Source: an uncultured Alphaproteobacteria bacterium (GTDB lineage: Bacteria > Pseudomonadota > Alphaproteobacteria > Rs-D84). From it: a DNA stretch of 64,000 nucleotides. Below the pieces are notes generated by a model that saw only the letters and a program-made list of their open reading frames with translations, was not told the DNA's origin and ran no database searches. The stretch is from NCBI GenBank assembly GCA_944390225.1, contig CALXPB010000003.1, positions 29,905 to 93,904 on the forward strand. Reading direction: 5' to 3'. Below, in pieces: positions 20,376 to 29,831 of this stretch. The stretch's first letter is position 1. Each line of letters starts with the position of its first letter. The translations under genes and the position numbers were made by a program.

Positions 20376-20403
20376 TAAAAAACTCACACCAGTGAGTTTT
20401 TTA
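20376..20403. terminator. Bidirectional terminator between the HTH gene and the Cys-rich locus
   Basis: Hairpin aaaaaactcac-acca-gtgagtttttt. Confidence 0.75.
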
Positions 20404-20405
20404 TT

Positions 20406-21767
20406 TTAAAATATACTCTGCGTCATAATTTGCGTACTATTTGACGGTGAAATATATGGTCTTTTGCTATCATTTTTTACGCATTCTGCATACTCTTCTG
20501 GCGTTGCAATTAACCAACACTGCTCATCCAAAGGAACCGTATTTTTAGTTTCTCCTTTTCCATATTGCATATCTGACTTAGAATATGCCACCGCTTGTTT
20601 ACAGGTTCCCCCGTCTTTATCAAAGTATGTACCGATATCACAAGATATACACGTTCCATTATTTGGATCTGGACCACCATTACTACATTCAACACAACTT
20701 GTATCCGTTTTAGATGTAAATGCGGTTCCCGGTTCTTCACAAAAATATTTTACACAATCTCCTTGTATATCTTTATAATGAATACTTTCATTAAATTTAC
20801 TCTTATCAAAACCTTGACAAAAAGGTAAACTATCTATTCCGCAAGCACGTGAATCTATAGGAACACAATTGAGATTGCCGTTATCAGGCTCATATCCTTG
20901 GGCACACAAAAGCGTACCTCGGCCATTTGTTGCATTATTAATAATATCATCAATATCATCCACAAAAGAATCATTCTCTGGCCAATTCATAACCCCACAA
21001 TGAATTTTAACAGGAAGAGCCACAATCCCATGATCTAGAAACTTTACTGCTGCCAAAACAACATCATACTCTTTATAATAACCACTATCATTTCCCGTGC
21101 TCTCGTTTCCAGTATCAAACCCAGTTATATCTTCTTCTTTTGAAACAGAAGAGATTTTTGTATTCATTCCTAATTCTGAAAACATACCTGTTTCTTTACT
21201 AAAATTACTGTTATCGCAATCATCATTAAAAGTCGTGTTGCCCGACGGTGTTTTTTCTTTACATTTATTACCATAATAACCATCTTTGCACAACCATACA
21301 CACTGTGAATTTAAAAAATTTTTAGGTTCATAATATTGCGTCCAAGTTCTCTTTGTATTACTTGCATTTGAACACTGTAATTGATACGGACAGAAATATC
21401 CTCCGTTTTCAACAATATCCCTAGCCATAAACAGAACAATTCCATGTTCATCTGGTTTGGTTCCTCTTGTTAATTTTCGTTCTAGTTCTGTCGCACCGTT
21501 AAATATTGACCCATCGTCATAAATTCCCCCAGCAATTACTAAATCATAGATGGAGAAATTATCATTAGTAATATTTCCTTTATCGTAATACCATTTCTGA
21601 ATTACTTCTTTTGAATTTTTTTGACACTCTTCTAGCTTCTTTTTGTCGTCACCAAATTCAGCCTCACACTCTTCCTCAGTACGAGCAATATTTATTGCAT
21701 ATGATTCATATTGAATTACAAATATGCCAATAATTACACCACAAAAAATCATAAATATTTTTTTCAT
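20406..21767 (-). CDS. Secreted Cys-rich protein, unknown function
   Basis: I prefer the start at MKKIFMIF (ATG at 21767), which gives a signal peptide ending YESYA. It lies 10 nt downstream of the 803-aa gene. It has many Cys in C..C..G.Y-type spacing (CVWLCKDGYYGNKC, CISCDIGTYFDKDGGTC). Confidence 0.65.
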   Translation of the reverse strand: MKKIFMIFCGVIIGIFVIQYESYAINIARTEEECEAEFGDDKKKLEECQKNSKEVIQKWYYDKGNITNDNFSIYDLVIAGGIYDDGSIFNGATELERKLTRGTKPDEHGIVLFMARDIVENGGYFCPYQLQCSNASNTKRTWTQYYEPKNFLNSQCVWLCKDGYYGNKCKEKTPSGNTTFNDDCDNSNFSKETGMFSELGMNTKISSVSKEEDITGFDTGNESTGNDSGYYKEYDVVLAAVKFLDHGIVALPVKIHCGVMNWPENDSFVDDIDDIINNATNGRGTLLCAQGYEPDNGNLNCVPIDSRACGIDSLPFCQGFDKSKFNESIHYKDIQGDCVKYFCEEPGTAFTSKTDTSCVECSNGGPDPNNGTCISCDIGTYFDKDGGTCKQAVAYSKSDMQYGKGETKNTVPLDEQCWLIATPEEYAECVKNDSKRPYISPSNSTQIMTQSIF

Positions 21768-21777
21768 GTTTTTTACC

Positions 21778-24189
21778 CTAATCTCCAGGAGCATAACATA
21801 TTGAGTTATTATAAATTCCACCTAAATAACCACACCTTTCTTTATACCACTCGTCAGTAAATACACATTCATCCCTGTTTGAGTTATATGTTGCAACAGG
21901 ATCCCTATCAGAATCATTATAGTCCAGACAACGAACCATTGTCGTATTTTCTACACACTTACCCCAATTATTATTTGTATTTCCACCATAAACATCTTTA
22001 TAAAATTCACTTAAATAAGTTCCTGTCGCACCAGAATCAACCCAATATCCATCCAAATCTTCACAAATATCCATCAACATATAATCCATTTCTTCGGACA
22101 AATTGTTAACAATATTTTCTACATCACGTTGAACTGATACAGGTAATTCTTTAAAAGTCTCGCTACCTGTTGCTATACCACAATTTTCCAAAGCAAAATA
22201 TTTTACATTTGCTATCAACGATGCACTATACGAAGCACTTTCAGAATCGTCTAAACTACCAAGTTTTTTATCCTTGCAATTCCATGGGTATGTCCGTATT
22301 CCCGTTGTTGGTGTACATAAATCTACCACATAGTTCTGAATTGCAACAGAACAACCTTCGGCAATTCTGGTACTGTCAACCGTTTCAACAAAATTTAATA
22401 ACGCAGTCAAACCACACATCTCATTCGCGCTGGCACCAGAATAATTACCAACCGTTAAATGCCCGTTGCCGTCAAATTCGCACCCCTCTGTATTTCCATA
22501 TAACGACGCACACGCAATAACCTTGTCTTTACACATTTCTTTGGCAGCTGAAGCACTGATCGCACCAGAATATTGCGCAGTTGTGGTATCTAAGTCTTTC
22601 AACTCGCCGGCTTGGATATCATAACATTCGGCAATTACACTGACACATGACATCTTGGCTTCTTCTATTTTTTCATCTTGCGCCTGTGCAATTTCTATCA
22701 AAGCCTGCCGTTTGAATTCTTCCCAAACAATATCGGATATGTCACGACATGTATCAAGCGCACTTTCTGCAAACTTACGTTTTGAATCTAAATAAGTACT
22801 TACAGATGAATTCTGTGCCAAAACATCATCTGAAGTTCCATTCAAAGTTATCAAATCTTGCAGTTTAAACAAACGCTCTGAATAAATGACCTCTCCGGTA
22901 GTACTGTTTATGTACGCACCTGTCCCCAAATCTAGACACATTTTATAATTTGCACCGCATACAGAATCAGAAGTTATTGCACTTTTTACTTTTGCAATAC
23001 ACTCGTTTACATCTGCAGAATTATGCGCCCGATATTCTTCCAGTCGCGCTTCACGTAAATACTTTTCCGCGGTACGAACCGTTTGCGCCACCGTCTCTTT
23101 CTGAGAATTTATCTTCTTTTCATATATGTTGCAGTCCTGCGTAATCATTATCGCATACGCACTTTTTGCCATAGTCAAAACGGCATTATTCTCACACGAA
23201 TCTGTAATCAGTTTTATACATTGGCTATGCGCCTGATTATAAAGGCTTTCACCCTCTAACGTTGACAAATCAACACCAGAATTAACCGTATCAAAAATAG
23301 AATCACCCGTCCCAGACCAAATATCATCCATATTAGAAGTAAAATCTACAGATATTATCCCCAAAGAAGCGTTGCTGTTAGAAGTAGTAGTGGTTTCTTT
23401 ATTACCAGACAATAAATCGCTGATTTCTTCCAGCATTTGTGCCGCAGCACTGGTATCTTTCTTTATCGCCTGTTCACCTTCGGTTGCGCTATACATTGCG
23501 GAAACTTCTTCGGCAGACAAGCCAACCGCAGTCAAATTATTGTTCTCAAACTGAGCCAATAAATCAATCGCCTCGTTCAAAGCATCTTCGGTATTACGAA
23601 AATCCGTGTATTTTGAACTGCAAAAACATCTGCGATATGTATCATTCGCATTTGCACAAAACTGATCCATACAGGTTGCATACGCCTCGCGACATTCGGC
23701 ATAACCACCGCCTATCTTGGATATATCGTTAAATACAGCCGTTGCACGCGCAGTCGATGTCCCACGCGGAGACCCGACAACACTTGAAACCGTTCCCGCA
23801 CGCGCAGTATTAGCCGTCGCACTACGTACAACGTTATTCGTAGACGCTGTACGCGCCGTAGTTCCCCCCGCAGAAACAACATTCTGTCGCGTAGTTGCAC
23901 TGCGTCCGGTATTAACAACTTTCTGAGTAGTCGTCGCACTTCTTGAAACAGTTGATGAGGGACGTTGCGTTGCACTGCGAGAAACCGTCGAATTTGAACT
24001 TCTGGCACTGACAGACTGCCCACCATCACGAGCCGTAACCGTAGTACCACCCGTTGCAGCAGTCGTAGTTCTGGTACTTGTCCCAACAGAACGCGGATTA
24101 GGTGCCTGCGCACCAAAAGAAGAACCAGCAATGCAAACAACCATTGCTGTAAATATACTTTTATAAAACTTACAAATCCCCAATTTCAA
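21778..24189 (-). CDS. Large secreted Cys-rich protein, family copy A
   Basis: 803-aa ORF. A signal peptide (ending FGAQA) is followed by a Ser/Thr/Arg-rich repeat region (aa 31-151) and then a long Cys-patterned domain colinear with the ORF at 58389-61076. Confidence 0.7.
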   Translation of the reverse strand: MKLGICKFYKSIFTAMVVCIAGSSFGAQAPNPRSVGTSTRTTTAATGGTTVTARDGGQSVSARSSNSTVSRSATQRPSSTVSRSATTTQKVVNTGRSATTRQNVVSAGGTTARTASTNNVVRSATANTARAGTVSSVVGSPRGTSTARATAVFNDISKIGGGYAECREAYATCMDQFCANANDTYRRCFCSSKYTDFRNTEDALNEAIDLLAQFENNNLTAVGLSAEEVSAMYSATEGEQAIKKDTSAAAQMLEEISDLLSGNKETTTTSNSNASLGIISVDFTSNMDDIWSGTGDSIFDTVNSGVDLSTLEGESLYNQAHSQCIKLITDSCENNAVLTMAKSAYAIMITQDCNIYEKKINSQKETVAQTVRTAEKYLREARLEEYRAHNSADVNECIAKVKSAITSDSVCGANYKMCLDLGTGAYINSTTGEVIYSERLFKLQDLITLNGTSDDVLAQNSSVSTYLDSKRKFAESALDTCRDISDIVWEEFKRQALIEIAQAQDEKIEEAKMSCVSVIAECYDIQAGELKDLDTTTAQYSGAISASAAKEMCKDKVIACASLYGNTEGCEFDGNGHLTVGNYSGASANEMCGLTALLNFVETVDSTRIAEGCSVAIQNYVVDLCTPTTGIRTYPWNCKDKKLGSLDDSESASYSASLIANVKYFALENCGIATGSETFKELPVSVQRDVENIVNNLSEEMDYMLMDICEDLDGYWVDSGATGTYLSEFYKDVYGGNTNNNWGKCVENTTMVRCLDYNDSDRDPVATYNSNRDECVFTDEWYKERCGYLGGIYNNSICYAPGD
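23737..24099 (-). repeat. Low-complexity basic Ser/Thr/Arg-rich repeat region within the 803-aa protein
   Basis: Reiterated units such as TVSRSAT (twice), GRSATT and VRSATA. No Cys in aa 31-151 by inspection. The region is locally GC-richer and creates spurious alternative-frame ORFs. Confidence 0.7.
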
Positions 24190-24252
24190 AACTTAATTCT
24201 CTCTTGAAGTATATTTTATCATTTTTCCCTAGGTTTAATCAATACCTAATTT

Positions 24253-24885
24253 TCATTCTATACAGCAATTTACAGCGTTCTTTACCCAATCCCCAAGTCT
24301 TCTTACTGCCGATTTAGATTCTTTTAAATCTTCTTCCTTTGTTTTTAAGGAATTTTCGGACTTTTTTACTTTTTTCCCAGACGAAATAGGGCACTCAAAA
24401 TTCTCCATCATCGCCTTGTTATACACATCAGACGCAACCTTTTTTACCCCGGTTAAGTCAATCAAGTCCATATTTAATCCCCAAAATAATGAATATAATT
24501 CATAAGATTTATTAAATAAGTCATACGCATCTTTGGTATTTCCTGCAGACAGCGCTTTTGTACCGACCTCCATTATACGCATAGACGCCGCCAACAAGTG
24601 CTTTGAAATGCACCAAACTTCACCGTTCTCGGATGTAGATTTTTTTACGATTCGCCCCATCAGTTCTTTTCTCATATCACGAACCGCATTTATCAAATCA
24701 TAAAAACCTGTTTTCTGAGTCTTTGCACCGCTAAAAAAGAAATGCTCCTCTAGAGAAATCAAATTCATCAGAGCAATTGATAAGTCTTGATCCGAAGACA
24801 AATCCAAAGGATTAACTTTCTTCGAAGCATCAATTTTTTCAATCATTTCTTCCATTGAAAGTTTTTTTGATTTTGCGGTTTTCAT
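24253..24885 (-). CDS. Hypothetical cytoplasmic helical protein (210 aa)
   Basis: No signal peptide. It lies 16 nt downstream of the CPVC membrane protein gene. No family recognised. Confidence 0.55.
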   Translation of the reverse strand: MKTAKSKKLSMEEMIEKIDASKKVNPLDLSSDQDLSIALMNLISLEEHFFFSGAKTQKTGFYDLINAVRDMRKELMGRIVKKSTSENGEVWCISKHLLAASMRIMEVGTKALSAGNTKDAYDLFNKSYELYSLFWGLNMDLIDLTGVKKVASDVYNKAMMENFECPISSGKKVKKSENSLKTKEEDLKESKSAVRRLGDWVKNAVNCCIE

Positions 24886-24901
24886 AATTACCTTCCTTTA
24901 T

Positions 24902-25411
24902 TTACTTCGTAATAAACCAGAAAATTACGGTCACAATTAGCAAAAACGACAGCGGAACAACGACTTTCTGGAAAGCAAAATTTGCATGTCCTCCATTGTC
25001 GCGCTTTATTTTTATGTACCAACGCGCGCCCAGATAAAACGCAACCGTTCCGACAATCGCCCCCAACAAGAACTTATCAATTCCCCACAAAGTATTCGCA
25101 CCGAATACAACACTGGGGAAAAGATATACCATTCCTAAAAAAGAATAATAAAAGACAAAAGGAACTACTATCTGCCAAAAAGCACTTTTTACACCGCGCT
25201 TTTTCAACCACCCAGCAGTCCAGAAAAACAAAGACAATGTCAAACCACCTGCCCAAATTCCAGTAATTACGTCATCAACCCCCAGCAAACGCGCCCCCTC
25301 TAATCCGGCACCCACCGCAACAGTACAAACAGGGCATACCGCCATCGCAATAGATACAGAACACACAGTCATTAAACACGCAAATAATACACTAGAAAAA
25401 AATTTTCTCAT
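24902..25411 (-). CDS. Polytopic membrane protein with an N-terminal CPVC motif
   Basis: I prefer the start at MRKFF (ATG at 25411). There are several hydrophobic helices, and an AVCPVCTVAVGAG motif sits at the end of helix 1. No family recognised. Confidence 0.6.
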   Translation of the reverse strand: MRKFFSSVLFACLMTVCSVSIAMAVCPVCTVAVGAGLEGARLLGVDDVITGIWAGGLTLSLFFWTAGWLKKRGVKSAFWQIVVPFVFYYSFLGMVYLFPSVVFGANTLWGIDKFLLGAIVGTVAFYLGARWYIKIKRDNGGHANFAFQKVVVPLSFLLIVTVIFWFITK

Positions 25412-25461
25412 CCTTAAAACCTTTCTTGTTTTCCAATCGTACAAAAAAAAATATATATGGG

Positions 25462-26307
25462 TCAATATGATTTTATCACAGCTCTCATATGAGCACTCCT
25501 AGCCCGAGGATTATCAGATAATTCTTTTTTCCCAGGCGTTTCTGATTTTATAAGTTTAAACTGCGCTTCTGCAATAACAGGTAATCTTGGGTCTCCTGCT
25601 ACTGTCGTCCATTTTTTAAACTTATTCTTAACGACTCTGTCTTCCAAGGAATGAAAAGTAACGCATATACATTTCCCACCTGTCTTTAATAAGTCAGGTA
25701 CAGAATCTAGTGCCGTTTCTAATTCGCCCATTTCATCGTTTACCGCTATTCGTAAAGCCTGAAAAACCGGTGCAATATCTTTGGGGTTATTTATTAACTC
25801 TTTTAATTCAAATGTGGTCTCGGGGTTTGCTTTTTTAATTTTATTTGCCAAAACCGTTGCTTTCTTTATGTCCCCATAGTCTCGTAAGACATCGGCTAAA
25901 TCTTGTGCAGATAAATTCTTTATCAAATCCGCCGCTGTTTCCCCAGACTCTGACATTCTCATATCTAATGGGCCGTCCCAGCGAAAAGAAAAACCCCGCG
26001 ATGGTGTATCTATTTGCATAGAAGAAATACCTAAATCAAAAACGATCGCATCAACTTGCTCTTTTAGTTCTGAAATGTTTGAAAATGCTTTATTCACAAA
26101 AGAAAAACGTCCTTTATATCCAGTTCTTAAATCTTCTGCATCAGAAATTACATTTGGGTCCTTATCAAACGCAACCACTTCTGCCCCTGCATCCAAGAAA
26201 GCACGAGAATACCCTCCTGCACCGAAAGTTGCGTCTATTATTTTTCTGCCCCTGACATCACCCAAGGCCTTTATCACAGAGTTCAATAAAACAGGTATAT
26301 GTTTCAT
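25462..26307 (-). CDS. rsmH: 16S rRNA (cytosine1402-N4)-methyltransferase RsmH/MraW
   Basis: 281-aa ORF with HIPVLL, DATFGAGGYS, FDLGISSMQ and TFHSLEDR motifs. Confidence 0.92.
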   Translation of the reverse strand: MKHIPVLLNSVIKALGDVRGRKIIDATFGAGGYSRAFLDAGAEVVAFDKDPNVISDAEDLRTGYKGRFSFVNKAFSNISELKEQVDAIVFDLGISSMQIDTPSRGFSFRWDGPLDMRMSESGETAADLIKNLSAQDLADVLRDYGDIKKATVLANKIKKANPETTFELKELINNPKDIAPVFQALRIAVNDEMGELETALDSVPDLLKTGGKCICVTFHSLEDRVVKNKFKKWTTVAGDPRLPVIAEAQFKLIKSETPGKKELSDNPRARSAHMRAVIKSY

Positions 26308-26308
26308 T

Positions 26309-29300
26309 TTATTCTATTCCGACTCGTATTCCCAAATTAACTAAATCTCCGGCAGTTGTTGCCCCCAATTCTACTCCACCAGTTAATTGCATCGTAGCGA
26401 CTTTATCTTTTGCGTGTAAGTTTAAAACCACTTTTGTCATTCCAGTCTTTAATGCACTCAATGCCTTTTTCACATCAGACAATACAGATTTATCATAAAT
26501 ATCCAAAGTGATTTTCTTTGCTATTTTTGCAACCCACTGAGTCAAAGGAATTATAGAGTCTACAAAAACAGATATTCTATCGTCACGATTAGAAGATTTT
26601 CCAGAAATCAAAACAACCGTCTCTTTTGATAAAATCTGAGCAAACTCAGAGGCAGAATCGCCAAAAGCAACTGCGTCAATATTACCAAAACTATCCGATG
26701 CATTTATGGTAATCATATCCTTTCCTGTCTTTGTTCTACGACGCGAAAAAGAGTTAACATTTGCGGCAATTTGAACCAGTTTTCTATCTCTAACATCTGC
26801 CAGACTCGCACTTGTTGTCAATTTTGCGCGCGCTATCAAATGTTTATATTGATCCAATGGATGTGCAGATATATAAAAACCGAGAGCAGATAATTCATTT
26901 TCTAAACGTTGCCCGAAAGTCCAAGGAGTAGTATTCGGTAAATTTTTTTTCAGTCTATCTTCCGCGACATCGTCTTCTATGGTATTTGCAAATAAAGATA
27001 AAGAATTAGCACCTTCCTTAGATTTTGATGCATAAGTTAAAATTGCATCCGCATTCATAAATATAGTCGCACGATTTGGTTCCAAAGAATCCAAGACGCC
27101 TACTTTGGCAAAGGCTTCCAGTATTCTTTTATTTACAATCGGAGCACAGCGCTTAGCAAAATCAGTCAAATTTTTGAACTTTCCGTTTTCATTCCGTTCT
27201 GCGACAATTGCATCTGTTGCGACTGTTCCAACTCCTTTGATTGCCGCCAGCCCATAAATAATCTTACCATTGCGAACAGTAAATAAAGATTCACTTTCAT
27301 TTATATCCGGTGCAACTATCTGAATTCCGAAATTTGTTTTTGCGTCATCAACAAACAAAGCCAGTTGGTCTGTATCATTTAAATTACTAGACATAGATGC
27401 TGCAATAAATTCTGGAGTATAATTTGCTTTCAAATAAGCGCATTGGTTTGCCACAATAGAATACGCAATTGCATGAGACTTGTTAAACGCATATTTTGCA
27501 AATTCTTTAAATTTTTCCCATAAGTCTTTTGCTTCTTCACGATTTAGGGTTTGTTCTTTTTCACATCCCTCATAAAATTTACCTTCTAGTTCATCCAACA
27601 TCTTGACGATTTTTTTACCCATTGCCTTACGAACGTTATCGGATTGCCCGCGCGTAAAACCGGCCAAAGCACGAGTTAATTGCATAACCTGTTCTTGATA
27701 TACGATTATTCCGTAAGTTTCTTTTAATATAGGTTCTGCGCGCGGATGAACATATTCGACTTTTTCATCTCCGTGCATACGGGCGATAAATTGAGGAATA
27801 AAAGCGATTGGTCCAGGTCGATTTAACGCGTTTAATGCCGAAATTTCCAGAAAACTTGTAGGATGCATTTTACGTAACGTCTGTTGCACAAAAGGGGCAT
27901 CAAATTGGAATATACCTTCTGTCATTCCCGACTGCCATAATTTCATTGTTTTTTCATCATCGGTAGGTATTTTATCTAAATCTATGTTTATTCCGCGCGT
28001 CTGCTGAATAAGTTTTAACGCGTATTTCAAAACTGCCAAAGTTTCCAAGCCCAGAAAGTCAAACTTAATCAACCCTGCAGATTCCAAGTAATGACCATCA
28101 AATTGGCACGATGGCAACGGGTTTGCAGGGTCTCGGTAAACAGGTGCAATTTTCGTAGTAGGGCGATCTCCGATAACAACCCCACACGCATGTTGCCCAA
28201 GATTTCTTAATGCACCTTCTAAATCTTCTGCGATATGTACTACTTTATTCATATCTTCATCTGTGTTTAAAATTGTCTGGATTTCTGATGAAGACTCTAC
28301 CGCGTCTTTTAAGGTTTTTGCATCTTGCGGTATTAATTTGGATAACCTATCAGACTTAGAATAAGGTATTCCATAAACTCTTCCTATATCTCGTATTGCA
28401 CCCCGAGCCTGCAAACTACCGAAAGTTATTATGCGACACACCGAATCATGACCGTATTTATCACATATATACGCCAAAACGCGCTCGATACCGGTAGGCT
28501 CGAAATCCACATCGAAATCCGGCATTGAAATACGATCTGGATTTAAGAATCGTTCAAACAACAAACCATATTTTAATGGGTCAACATGAGTAATACCCAA
28601 CGCCCACGCAACAATGGATCCCGCCCCAGAACCACGCCCAGGCCCTGTTAAAATATCGTGTTTTCTGCACCAATCAATATAATCGGCAACAATCAGAAAA
28701 TACCCAGGAAAACCCATATTTATGATAACCCCCAGTTCAAATTCTGCTTGTTCATAATAAGGTTTCGCATCTGTTATACCATGTTGTTCTAATTTCTTTG
28801 CCAGACCGGTCATAGTATGATCTCTTAGCATCTGACATTCTTGCTCCAAATCATTTCCGAACCTTGGCAGCAAAGGTTTTTCGTGGACGTTGACAAGGAA
28901 ACTGCAACGTTTAGAGATTACAACGGTATTTTCAACGGCCTCCGGTAAATCAGAAAACAAATCTGCCATTTCGTCTGATGACTTAAAATACTGTTCCGAA
29001 GATTTACGCGGTCTTTCTGGGTCAATTACTTTTGTCTGCCCCAGAACGCAACTAAGAGCGTCTGCCGTTTCATAATCATTATTAGTTGCAAAAGAAACAT
29101 CGTTTGTTGCAACAATAGGTATGTTCAAATCTTGTGCGATTTTAAGGAAATCTGGTTCAGTTTTTATTTCTTCTTCTAAACCATGTCGTTGAATTTCCAT
29201 ATAAAATTTATCACCAAAGAGATCAACAAAACGTTTTGCATAAATATATGCTTGTTCGTTTTGCATATTCAGCAGAGCCATTCCTATTGGTCCGGTCTGT

Positions 29301-29719
29301 GCACCAGACAAACAAATCAGACCGTTTTTATGGTTTTCTAAATCATCAAACGTTATAAAAGGTCCCAGATGACGATTTTCTTCACGCATATACATTATAC
29401 GATTAAGTTCGCATAAATTAAGATATCCCTCGTGATTTTGCGCCAATAAAACTATTCGAGCCAACAAACCGGCACGCAAAATTTTCGGGTCTGCATTATG
29501 TTGGTTCAAGGATATTTCTATACCTATTATGGGCTGTACTTTATTTTTAGGCATCACATCTGAAAATTCTGCGCAACCAGACATGAGATTAGTATCAGTA
29601 AGCGCACAGGCCGTCATCCCCAAATTATTACATAAATTTGGAATATCTTTTACTTTCAACGTACTTGCACCCACAGAAAATCTAGAATGGGTTCTAAGAT
29701 GAACAAATTGATTTTCCAT
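26309..29719 (-). CDS. dnaE: DNA polymerase III alpha subunit
   Basis: 1136-aa ORF. It has an N-terminal PHP domain (FVHLRTHSRFS), a polymerase core (GPGRGSGAGS, PDFDVDF) and a C-terminal OB fold. Confidence 0.97.
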   Translation of the reverse strand: MENQFVHLRTHSRFSVGASTLKVKDIPNLCNNLGMTACALTDTNLMSGCAEFSDVMPKNKVQPIIGIEISLNQHNADPKILRAGLLARIVLLAQNHEGYLNLCELNRIMYMREENRHLGPFITFDDLENHKNGLICLSGAQTGPIGMALLNMQNEQAYIYAKRFVDLFGDKFYMEIQRHGLEEEIKTEPDFLKIAQDLNIPIVATNDVSFATNNDYETADALSCVLGQTKVIDPERPRKSSEQYFKSSDEMADLFSDLPEAVENTVVISKRCSFLVNVHEKPLLPRFGNDLEQECQMLRDHTMTGLAKKLEQHGITDAKPYYEQAEFELGVIINMGFPGYFLIVADYIDWCRKHDILTGPGRGSGAGSIVAWALGITHVDPLKYGLLFERFLNPDRISMPDFDVDFEPTGIERVLAYICDKYGHDSVCRIITFGSLQARGAIRDIGRVYGIPYSKSDRLSKLIPQDAKTLKDAVESSSEIQTILNTDEDMNKVVHIAEDLEGALRNLGQHACGVVIGDRPTTKIAPVYRDPANPLPSCQFDGHYLESAGLIKFDFLGLETLAVLKYALKLIQQTRGINIDLDKIPTDDEKTMKLWQSGMTEGIFQFDAPFVQQTLRKMHPTSFLEISALNALNRPGPIAFIPQFIARMHGDEKVEYVHPRAEPILKETYGIIVYQEQVMQLTRALAGFTRGQSDNVRKAMGKKIVKMLDELEGKFYEGCEKEQTLNREEAKDLWEKFKEFAKYAFNKSHAIAYSIVANQCAYLKANYTPEFIAASMSSNLNDTDQLALFVDDAKTNFGIQIVAPDINESESLFTVRNGKIIYGLAAIKGVGTVATDAIVAERNENGKFKNLTDFAKRCAPIVNKRILEAFAKVGVLDSLEPNRATIFMNADAILTYASKSKEGANSLSLFANTIEDDVAEDRLKKNLPNTTPWTFGQRLENELSALGFYISAHPLDQYKHLIARAKLTTSASLADVRDRKLVQIAANVNSFSRRRTKTGKDMITINASDSFGNIDAVAFGDSASEFAQILSKETVVLISGKSSNRDDRISVFVDSIIPLTQWVAKIAKKITLDIYDKSVLSDVKKALSALKTGMTKVVLNLHAKDKVATMQLTGGVELGATTAGDLVNLGIRVGIE

Positions 29720-29803
29720 GCCGAAACAATAGCAAAAAACAGTCTAATATCGCAACTATATATTTAAAAATTTTAGGATTTTTTTGTTGACATTTGTTTA
29801 TAG

Positions 29804-29831
29804 AACAAAAAAACGGGGTGGCCCCCGTTTT
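29804..29831 (-). terminator. Terminator after secA
   Basis: Hairpin aaacgggg-tggc-ccccgttt followed by a T-run on the minus strand. Confidence 0.7.
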
